The position numbers were made by a program, and so were the translations under genes. DNA of 64,000 nucleotides, from NCBI RefSeq assembly GCF_001194135.2, contig NC_068989.1, positions 19,450,468-19,514,467 of the forward strand, in the 5' to 3' direction. This DNA comes from Octopus bimaculoides. Taxonomy: Eukaryota. This document shows positions 53,853 through 64,000 of this stretch, piece after piece (the first letter of the stretch is position 1; every line of letters starts with the position of its first letter). Below the pieces are notes generated by a model. The model worked only from the letters and a program-made list of their open reading frames with translations. It was not told where the DNA came from and did no database searches.

Positions 53853-55175
53853 TCATCATCATCGTTTAACGTCCTCTTTCCATGCTAGCATGGGTTGGAC
53901 GATTTGACTGAGGACTGGTGAACCAGATGGCTACACCAGGCTCCAGTCTGATTTGGCAGAGTTTCTACAGCTGGATGCCCTTCCTAACGCCAACCACTCC
54001 GAGAGTGTAGTGGGTGCTTTTACGTGCCACCGGCATGAAGGCCAGTCACGCGGTACTGGCAACGGCCACATTCAAAATGGTGTATGTTATGTGCCACCTG
54101 CACAGGAGCCAGTCCAGAGGCACTGGCAACGACCTTGCTCAAATGTCTTTTCACGTGCCAGTAAGGCAACGCTGGTAACAATCACACTCAAATGGTGCTA
54201 TTTACATGCCACTGGCACAGAAGCCAGACAGCTGCTCTGGCAACGATCACGTTCGGATGGTGCTGTTAGCGCTCCACTGGTACAGGTGCCATCACGATTT
54301 CGCTTTCACTTGCCCCAACAGGTCTTCGCAAGCTGAGTTTAGTGTCCAATGAAGGAGACGACATGGGTGCCAGTCGTAGAATTTAGTTCGATTTTGATTG
54401 CCTCAACAGGTCTTCGCAAGCGAGTTTAGTGTCCAATGAAGGAAAGGTACGCATAAACGGGCTGGCTACACCCCTGGCAGAGGCCTTAGATTATGGTCTC
54501 ACTTGGCTTGCCAGGTCTTCTCATGCACAGCATATTTCCAAAGGTCTCGGTCAGAAGTCATCGCCTCGGTGAGGCCTAATGTTCGAAGGTTGTGCTTCAC
54601 CACCTCATCCCAGGTATTCCTGGGTCTACCTCTTCCACAGGTTCCCTCAACCGCTTGGGTGTGGCACTTTTTCACACAGCTATCCTCATCCATTCTTGCC
54701 ACATGACCATACCAGCGCAATCGTCTCTCTTGCACACCACAACTGATGCTTCTTAGGTTCAACTTTTCTCNNNNNNNNNNNNNNNNNNNNNNNNNNNNNN
54801 NNNNNNNNNNNNNNNNNNNNNNNNNNNNNNNNNNNNNNNNNNNNNNNNNNNNNNNNNNNNNNNNNNNNNNNNNNNNNNNNNNNNNNNNNGCCCATGTTTC
54901 ACTGCCATGTAGCATGGCTGTTCGTACACATGCGTCATACAGTCTGCCTTTTACTCTGAGTGAGAGGCCCTTTGTCACCAGCAGCGGTAAGAGCTCTCTG
55001 AACTTTGCCCAGGCTGTTCTTGTTCTAGCAGCTACACTTTCAGCGCACTCTCCCCCACTACTAATTTGGTCACCTAGATAGCAGAAGCTATCAACTACAT
55101 CTAGTTTTCCTCCCTGGAATGTGGCAGAAGTTGTTTTCTGCACATTTTCAGTGTTTATTGCTCCTGAACATCTGC
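53853..55175 (-). mobile_element. Young 5'-truncated RTE LINE copy interrupted by an assembly gap
   Basis: 214-aa ORF KLDVVDSFCYLG...RLYDACVRTAMLHGSETW...GRGRPRNTW, 3' UTR with diverged tandem units, (CAT)n tail. Confidence 0.9.
54015..54290. repeat. Diverged ~45-63 bp tandem units in the RTE 3' UTR (also 50990-51300)
   Basis: Recurring TTT(T/C)ACGTGCCA ... CTGGCAA(C/T)GA(C/T)CAC ... AATGGTG units. Isolated RTE tails also occur at ~22325-22680, 23755-23900, 24150-24345, 29420-29590, 30900-31062, 46030-46235, 47060-47350 and 57560-57950. Confidence 0.75.
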
Positions 55176-55589
55176 CAATTAGATTAGAATATAGGTGGCT
55201 ATAGCAATTAAAAACAAAACGGTAAAATTAATAAATGAGGGTGCAAAATAGCACCTACAGTTGCTAGAAATGAGAGCTAAAATTTAACTTGAACAGTCAC
55301 ACAAAAGCACAATTCTCATGAAATAGTCGGGACTCACAGAATGAAGTAGTTTGATAAAACCTTATCACGTGATTTTGAAATTTGATCAGTATGGTCTTGT
55401 TTCCCATTGTTTTACTCTTGCTTACTCCAAACAGACTTCCGTCTATTAATTCCTCTTTCAAATACACTCAAAGAAATATTGGTATTGTTGCTTGCTTTCA
55501 TAAAATGTGACCTTTGAACATTACTTGTGTTGACCATAAAAATTCTATTTTGATAATGATGATGTATATATTCAGTTTTAACACATGGG

Positions 55590-55930
55590 TCTTTGATAGC
55601 AAAGTGGAAAGAAATGACATGTGCATGCTCCTGTTGGGTGTGCATGAATGATTCAGTACAAATGTACCGAGAGAACAACTGAGCATAAGGGGAATTATGT
55701 GGTATGCAAGGAAGACAATTGCACTGATATGGACATGTGATGCTTATAGATAAGGATAGCTGTGAAAAGAAGTGCTGATTACTAAATATGGATGGAGTTT
55801 GTGGAAGGAGACTTGGGGAGACATGGGACGAAGAGGTGAAGGTGGATCAGGACCTTAGACCTTATGGAGGAGATGACAAGAGATTAAGATGACTGGGAAT
55901 ATGTGATTCCTGAGCGAACCTCTCCAACTT
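55590..55930 (+). mobile_element. Old RTE C-terminal fragment
   Basis: Degenerate copy of the CGVQERRLRWYGHV...KTWDEVVK segment. Confidence 0.55.
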
Positions 55931-58395
55931 ATACTAAGTTCTCGAAGCACTGTGTGTGTGTATAAAAATTATGGTGGTGATGCACAACCCAAGATACCCT
56001 ACCACCCTTTGTGTCTAACTGCAGCTTTTCCTTGATTCCGCTAATCTATAAGCTCTTCATTTTTAATATTGTTCTCTCCACTCACACTTTGCATTGGTCT
56101 ACCCTGCCCTCATACTCACCAAATCAAGTCTCCACCACCATACATTTGTCTCTTCCTCCACACTCCACACCTGCTCCTCTCTCTCTTTCTCATACACTCC
56201 TTCATCCTTTCCCTCTCTACTGTATCGGCAACACTATTCTGCTTCTCTTTTATTCTTTCACTTGTTTTAGTCATTTGATTGCGGCCATGCTGGAACTCTA
56301 CCTTAAAGGGTTTTAGTCAAACAAATCGACCCCATGACTTATTCTTTGTAAGCCTAGTACTTATTCTATCAGTATCTTTTGCTGAACTGCTAAGTTACAG
56401 GGATGTAAACACACCAATATTGGTTGTCAAGTGATGGTGGGGGCACAAACACAGACACACACATATAAATACATACATATGTACACACACGATAGGCTTC
56501 TTTCAGTTTCCGTCTACCACATGCACTCACAACGCAGCCTGAGGCTATAGTGGAAGACACTTGTTCAATGTGCCACGCAGTGGGACTGTACCCAGAACCA
56601 TATGGTAGGGAAGCAAGCTTCTTCTTACCTTGCAAACAGCTTGGCAAAAAGAAAAAGATAGAATAAGTATCAGATTTAAAAAAAAAAATGTCCTAAGCTC
56701 AATCTGATCAACTAAACCCTTCATGGTGCTGCCCTAGTATTGTCACAATTCTATGACTGGAACAAGTGTAAACAATGCATTGTGCACGTGTGTATGTATA
56801 CACACTCACAGAATTGAATTAAGAGAAATAACTCAATGTGGTCAGTAGCATGTATTTGAACAACATAAATGAATACAAGTATTTCAGATACCATATAACA
56901 TAAATTCTTAATTTATTAAAATTTTCCCCTGCCTCTAGAGGATGTCATAATTGCCAAATGGCAATTAAGATTACATGAGAAGGGGAGATAATCTCAAGAA
57001 GCCACACTTTTTGCAAAGTTGCATGTCATTAAGGAAAAGGAGATAAGAGGACAGTTGTGGGCATGTGTGTTTGGCTCATCAGCATGACAGCTGTCCAACC
57101 TTATCTTCAGTCACTGAAGGACTTAGACTTAAATAAAAAAAGAATAGAAAATATTTATAGCCCAGGTAAAACAAATGCAATATACATACAAATGTGTGTG
57201 TGTGTGTTTTAGCATCCACTTTTCCATACTTGCATGGGTTGGAAAGTTTATTGAGGCAGATTTTCTCTGATGTCAAGTCAAGGAATCAAATATAAAAGCA
57301 TGCACTCACAACATAAATATATATAGACAGGCTTCTTTCAATTTCCATCTATTAAATCCACTCTCGAAGCTTTGGTTGACTCAGGGCTGTAGTAGAAGAC
57401 ACTTGCCCAAGGTGCCATGCAGTGGGACTGAACCCAGACCCATGTGTTTGGGAAGCAAACTTCTAAACCACACAGCCATGCTGTATGGCATGTTATCAGA
57501 TTGTGCCATCACACATATGCACATCATTCTGTATTATTTTTAACTAGTGACCGAGTCCTATGCTGTGCTTGAGAAGACCTATCAAGCCAAGTAAAATTGT
57601 GGTCATGTCTGATGCTGGTTGTCACGTACAAAAAAAGCACCTTTGGATTGTTGAGCCTCACAGAGGCAAAGTGGGCCTCTTGGAGGCAGTGACGAATGAC
57701 TGAAACTTTGGCATTATGTCATGCTTGAGAAGACCCATCAAGTGGTGGCAGATACTGGTGTCACACAAATGGCACCTGTGCCTGTGTCATGTAAAAACAC
57801 TCATTAAATTCTCAGTGCGGTTGGAGTTAGAAAGGGCATCCAGCTGTAGAAACCATGCCAGATCAGACTGGAGTCTGGTGCAACCTTCCAGCTTGCCAGC
57901 CCTGGTCAAACCGTACAACCCATGGACAATGGATGCTAAATGATGATGATGATTTCCATGCTGCCATGGGTCGGACTGATCATTGCTCACCTGATGCAGG
58001 TGGGTTTAGAGCATTACTCGTATATTGTTTAACATTTAATATCTGGTTTCCATGCTAGCATGTGTTGGATGGATTATTGCCGTGTCTTCTTACATATCAC
58101 TTTTGGTTGTATACTGTTCCTTATAGCACATTTTATAGAGTGTGTCGAGAGCATTTCATTTTTGTGTTGTGTTCTTGACAAGACTTATCAGAAATGGAAT
58201 TTTTTTTACGTTGGACACAGAGGTAGTAGCAAATGTGGGCTAAGTAGGGATGCTTCCATCATCAAGTACCATATGGCATAGGTTGGACATGCCCGTTTAC
58301 ATGATGATTTCAGACTTCCAAAGTTTTACGTTATGGAGAATTAGTTCTCCATAAAGTACCCCAGCACAAACTAAAAGGATTTCAAAAAGATATGG

Positions 58396-58606
58396 TAACC
58401 TTTTTGTTACCATATTTCTATTAAAATACACTGCTCTTGTTTCAGTTAAACTTTTAAAATAATGAAGGATTTAATATCTTGCTCATTATTAAGCTCATTT
58501 GGAACATAACTTAGCATGACATTTTAATTTAAATCCCTTTAAAGCATGAATTTTGTATCATATAGCACCAGAGTAGTTTTAGATGGGTTGGTATCAAAAG
58601 GGTTAA
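58396..58606. mobile_element. piggyBac-type MITE family 2 (partial copy from ~62770)
   Basis: TAACCTTTTTGTTACCA...TGGTATCAAAAGGGTTAA termini. Confidence 0.65.
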
Positions 58607-59944
58607 ATTTAAGTCTTTAGCTCAAATAATATCTTCAATAATTGTTGAAAAAAGTGACAATACTTTTCTTCATGTTTGGCGGAATCTGATTCCATGTTAA
58701 GTCAAAATGTTGAATTAACTAAATTCAAAATTGATTATTTTGTTTGTTTTTAAACCATACTGTTCATGTCTTTTCTTGTGAATGGCATGAATAAAACTAT
58801 CTTTACAATGTTTTGACAAACATGTAAGAATTTTTTGTTACCTTGTAGTGTAGCATTATTGTTAGTCAACAATTTTTGAATTCACAGATCCTTTAGCATT
58901 CAGATTACTCTGTCAAATGTAATGCTTATTCATTCATATTGCTTTGAATTATCTTGCATTATCTTGTAGCTTTGAGATTTGAATGATGTGATTGTTTAAT
59001 TTTAGAATGACAATGAGGGTAGGTGTCAGAGGTTGGATCTGGCCAGTTTGAACATAAAACAAGGTAGAATATTTGAGCTGGATATAGTTTAAATGCTAAA
59101 GGGTTAAGATTTTCCAGTCATGCTTGTAATAGTTGTAGTCTGTCACTACTGATGTATTAGTGTTGCACTGGAACTTTAAAAATGCTGTGACTAAATCTCT
59201 TCAGTGTGGGTGTATGCATAGATGAAGGTGTGGCTGTATGGCAAGAAGTTTGCTTCCGAACCACATGGTTCCAGTTTCATCCACACTGCGTGGTACCATG
59301 GGCAAGTGTTTTCTACTACAGATATGGGCTGACCAAGGCATTGTGAATGGATTTGGTAGACAAAAACTGAAGAGAAGCTTGTGGTGTGTGGGTGATTCCA
59401 TGTAAACCAGGGACAAGAAAAAAAGAGAGAATTTTGAAACCCACCATCTCAGATTTTCACTACATTTTGACTGGTTGTTCCTAACAGTAAAAACAGAAAG
59501 AGTGCAAAATTTCAGGCCCCATCTCCCAACAGTTCAAAAGTTATATCAATTTGAAATTTGGCCCAAATCACCCATTTTTAGGCTTGCGATGGCCATCTTG
59601 AATTTCAATTTTGCAACAAATAATGTAATATCTTTCAATCCACATGGATTATTTTTCTGAAAATTTGTACCTGACCATTTTTTGGGGGGTGCTGAGTCTG
59701 AATTTGAAGAGAAAAGAGTCTTGGTAAAATGCTTGTTTTCTTGAATCAAGATGAAAACACTTTACTCTTTTCCCCTGATACTGTTTGTGTACTCAAAGCC
59801 AAATTTCCAGAAGTGCCCAAATCCTACAGCTTCAAAACTTTTGGCACATAAACTGGACATAATCTTTTACTTGTGCATGAAAAATCTCAATGGAACTCTC
59901 AAGGCATCAAAAGTTATTATCATTCATCTCAGAAGCATAATTTT

Positions 59945-60745
59945 TGAATTTTTCTGTTACCTAGGAGACCAGAGTTGTAGATAGCTTTTGTTACCTAGGG
60001 CAAAGTTCATAGAACTTCTACCTTTGTTGGTAACTAAGGGCCTCTCCCTCAGATTGAAAGGCAGATTGTATGATACCTGTGTACATACAGCTATGTTACA
60101 TGGCAGTGAAACATAGGCTTTGACTAAAGAAGACTTGAGAAGGCTTGAAAGAAATGAAGCTAGCATGTTCTGCTGGATGGGCAATGTCAGTGTGTATGCA
60201 TGACAGTCTAAATGATTTAAGAGGAAAACTGGGTATAAGAGGCATCAGATGTGTGCAAGAGAGAAGACTGTGCAGGTTTGGTCATGTGATGCATATGGAT
60301 GAGGACAGCTGTATAAAGAAGTGCTGAGCTCTAATTGTGGAGGGTTCCTGTAGAAGTGGTAGACCCAGGAAGACATGGGACGAAGTGGTGAGAAAGGATC
60401 TTCGGGCGCTGGGCCTCATTGAGGAAATTACATTGGACTGGGAGATGTAGTGATTTGCTTTACTTGATAATACGCGTCTGCACATACAGGCTTGTCCTTT
60501 CAGGTGCTGGTGCCACATAAAAGCACCAGTGCTGGTGCTGCGTAAACGCACCTGTGCTGGTGACATGTAAAAAGCACCCAGCACACTCTGATAGGTGGTT
60601 GGCATTAGGAAGGGTATCCAGCCATAGAAATCCTATCACAACAGACAATTGGAGTCTGGACAGCTACCAGCTGACCAGTTCAATGTCAAACTGTCCAACC
60701 CATGCCAGCATGGAAAGTGGACGTTAAACAACAATGATGATGATT
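59945..60745 (+). mobile_element. RTE LINE 3' fragment with 3' UTR
   Basis: LVTKGLSLRLKGRLYDTC, GRPRKTWDEVV, tail ending aacaatgatgatg. Confidence 0.8.
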
Positions 60746-60787
60746 AATGATTTAACATGGTTTTTACATTTTCATTTTAGTGTAATA

Positions 60788-60857
60788 ATGTCCAAAGACA
60801 ACCCTGCTCCTGAACTTCTTTTGGAAGGTTATGAGGTTTATGATGGACCAAAAGGAG
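60788..60857 (+). CDS. First coding exon of an unidentified protein-coding gene (MSKDNPAPELLLEGYEVYDGPKG)
   Basis: Acceptor ttttacattttcattttag|60781, ATG at 60788, 23 open codons plus 1 nt, strong donor GAG|GTAAGT at 60858. The phase 1 end matches the next exon. Confidence 0.75.
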
Positions 60858-61260
60858 GTAAGTTAAATACAATGTGCTTTTTGTATTCTTTAATTTAAAA
60901 ATATTGTTTTAACCAAAGCAAGATAATCAGTACAAGGCTGCGTATAAGGCTGACTCAGGTTAAATATAAGATAAACACTCCTTCCAATGGATTACTTGGA
61001 TATATTTGCAGATACCCCTTATCCAAATGATGGAATATATTTCAAAGAGAATGTCTTTATATTTGTATATGTCTGTTTAAGATGTGAACATGTATGTATT
61101 TGTTGTTGAGTGGTAAAAGTAACTTCCAATAACTTTAATTAATTTATTATTTACTTTTTCAAACCAAAAGGGTTTAATCCTTTAGCATTCACATTACTTG
61201 GTGAAATATAATGCTTATTTATTCATGTTATTATGAATTAATCATACATTATTGTGTAAT

Positions 61261-61561
61261 ACAGTTCTATATTTAAGAGATGAGGAATTGTGTACATTAT
61301 TTACATTTGACGGATATTTGTCCACATCTTTGTTGTTAACACAATGTTTTGGCATATGGCATAGTGGTTAGGAGCATGGGCTACTAACCCCAAGATTCCA
61401 AATTCGATTCCAAGCAGTGACCTGAATAATAATAATAATAATAATAACATCAAAAAATACCTTAAGAATGAGAACCCAGGTTCAAAATTTCCCCAAGACA
61501 TCTGATGAGCCAAAAAGTGTTAACAACAAGATGAAGACAAATATCCATCTAATGTAAATGT
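61261..61561 (+). mobile_element. tRNA-headed non-autonomous element with inverted Penelope-like termini, nested in a piggyBac MITE
   Basis: Inverted arms ~61293-61342 and 61517-61562, tRNA-like A/B boxes 61351-61422, (AAT)n, CTGATGA at 61502, flanking direct repeat ATTATTGTGTAA. Confidence 0.7.
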
Positions 61562-63688
61562 ATTATTGTGTAACTTTGAGCTTTCAATGATGTGATAATT
61601 TATTTTTAGAATGACGTTGTATAAGTGTGAGAGTCCCGATCTGGCCAGTTTGAACATATTTGGGACCAATGTGGCCAGTTTAAATGCTAATGGGTTAGTA
61701 ACGAGGGGGAAAATTTGGGAGGTTCAATGACTTCAGTTAGAGGAACAAAAACGGTTAGAAAGTTAGAGCAAAATGAAACCAGAGTTAATCACAAGAATCC
61801 AAAATGTATACAGGTGTTTTATTTCTTGATAATTAGTTACATGTAGATATTTTCTATGGACTCTGGCATAGCTCTAGTTAAGAGATTCACTTTGCAGTTA
61901 TATGGTTCTGGGTTGCTGCATGCTATTCTGGGTGTCTTCTACCATAATCTTGGATCAACCTAAACCTTTTAAGTAAAACTGGTTTGACTGAAATTCTGTA
62001 GGATTGTACCAGTTCTCAGGTGATAGCTTTAACCCCAATACTTGGCCCTTGGTGCCCTTAACAGGGCACCTGCTCTGTTACAGGTCCACAATTCATAGAT
62101 TTATTCCCTACAGCTATAATACCATGCCGAAAGGTTATCAGTACCTTTTCTTGTCATAACTAAGTCATAGCAAATTAAAAAGTTGAAATTAAAACGGATT
62201 ATAAAAAAGGGATGCCTTGAGGCTGCAACAAATGTAGAAGAGAGTGAAAATGTCCATCATGTATTTATATACAAGTGATGTATTTAACAGACAGAACAAC
62301 CATATCTAGCTTTTGTCAACTTTCAGAAGATCTTACACACAACATATAATTTGGGACACTAAGAATAATTAGATTAGTGTTTGAAAAATTCTGTCATTAA
62401 CTTCTAAGGTACTTCCAATGGATCTTTGAAATTCTTTTATACTATTTTTCTTCATCTTAGTTTTGTGCAAGCCTTTTAGTTACATCTTTGTACTAATATT
62501 TTATATACATTTTATGGATCGTTAATTGAACATAATTTTGCTATATTTTATATTGATTGGCTATATAGTTATAAAATAAACAATTTTTGCAGGCTGGGGT
62601 ACACTTGTTTGCATAGGTTTCATTACTTATTGTTATTTATTTTATCAAAAGGGTAGGATTTAAACACCCCACTCTCATCCTGGGGTGTTTGAATTGAGAA
62701 TTTAAAAAGAAATGGAACATAAAGATTTTAGTGTGGCACTGGACCTCTTAGCATCTCATTCAGTACCTTTTAACCCTTTTGTTACTATATTTCTAATCAA
62801 AATACACTTGTAATTGTTAATTTAGACTGGTTTCGTAATTTTTTTTTATTTATCAACATACTGTGATTTTTGAAACACAATTTAACAAAAGGTTCTTAAC
62901 CAAATCTTTTTCACAATTTTTGTCTTGGAGCAAATCCAATTACAGGTAAATACAACAAAATACATTATTAGTTAAAAGCTAATATTCAATAAGTATACAA
63001 CAAAATTTTAATAGAAGAATTTTGCAAATTATTGGATTATCTATCAGTTGTATTTAATGCACATAAGACAGGTGTGCAATAAGGGTAACATAGAATGAAA
63101 AAGGTCTACCATAAAGGTAAAACAAAATGAAATACTGGAATTTGTTTTTGAAGAAAATTAGGAAATGAAATAGATGCCATCAACTAAATGAGATAAACTC
63201 ACAATTAGACATAAATACGCAGAAACACATATAATAATAATTCACAATCAAAATTAATCAAAATTTGTCACACACATCTTACAGGTAAATTAAAATTACA
63301 GGAAAATAAAAACAAGGTAAATTTGACAAAATATATTCATAAATTGAATTTATATGCATGCGTGCATACACACTCATTCACTCTCTCTCACTATCGTATG
63401 GGAAAACTCTTTTTTTCTCCTCTGTTTATATTCTGAGTAATGATTTGTTTCAAGTCACTTCAAAGGGAAAAGTTTAGAAAATAATCTAATGGGTTCTTTT
63501 CCTTGGAAAGACTGTGGCTAGGTCTAATGTCTGAAACCTGGCTAAGTAGTTATTTCAAAGCATTGGTTTCCATTACATTTTCGAGTTAGCATAAAATTTT
63601 TACAAGATCATGTCAGATAGTAAGCTATTAGAAAATACATAATTATGAATTATGTAATTGATATGTTATCTTTTTTTTTTTTTTTTAG

Positions 63689-64000
63689 GTGATAATGATA
63701 ATCTACTCATCACAAATCTTGAATCGTTGGCCCCAAGTGATCAGCAGTTACATCAATCTGATTCGCAATCTGGTTTTGATAGCCTTTCAAATGATAAACA
63801 GAATCTCTCTCCTAAGGTGTCAAATTCTTCTCAGTTGGTGGATTCAGTTGTGGAGAATCAGTCAGATGCAATTGATTCTGGGGAAAGTCAAGATCCTTTG
63901 TTGGAAATTAAGAAAATGAAAGGATTATTAGAGCAATTGATTGCAAAATCTGAAGCTTCAAAAGCTACATCTGATGCTGTAAACACCACTGAAACCACTC
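63689..64000 (+). CDS. Next coding exon of the same gene; Ser/Asp/Gln-rich low-complexity segment then a possible amphipathic helix; runs off the window
   Basis: Poly-T acceptor ending ag|63689. The phase-1 frame G|GT GAT AAT... is stop-free for 312 nt (GDNDNLLITNLESLAPSDQQLHQSDSQSGFDSLSNDKQNLSPKVSNSSQLVDSVVENQSDAIDSGESQDPLLEIKKMKGLLEQLIAKSEASKATSDAVNTTETT). The ORF track shows a different frame. Confidence 0.8.

Noticed and set aside
53950-54300. Regularly spaced repeats as a CRISPR-like array
   Set aside because: Diverged tandem units within a LINE 3' UTR of a eukaryote; no constant repeat with unique spacers and no cas genes.

Overview
AT-rich eukaryotic genomic DNA with six N-gaps and long (TA)n/(CA)n/(AAT)n/(CT)n tracts. 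The repeat landscape resembles an octopus scaffold (inference from recalled SINE and RTE families, not a database match). Most of the window is decayed mobile DNA: three or four tRNA-derived SINE families, many RTE LINE pieces, a 5'-truncated Tx1/L1 LINE, a Gypsy integrase with its 3' LTR, CR1, R4/Dong-like and Penelope-like fragments, Tigger and mariner transposase relics, and piggyBac-, Tc1/mariner- and GG-ended MITEs. The best host gene model is an unidentified + strand gene with phase-compatible coding exons at 60788-60857 and 63689 to the window end. CpG-rich promoter-like zones lie near 20.8, 40.7-41.1 and 43.1 kb. Most ORFs in the supplied track are microsatellite, gap or antisense-TE artefacts. 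There are no rRNA genes, CRISPR arrays or intact transposases. The most unusual observations are: a MITE carrying a variable TTAGGG array with an 8-bp TSD; a tRNA-headed element with inverted Penelope-like termini and a hammerhead-core relic; a PHD finger inside the RT of the dominant RTE family; an inverted pair of tRNA-Thr-like genes; and two related hairpins, one inside a promoter.
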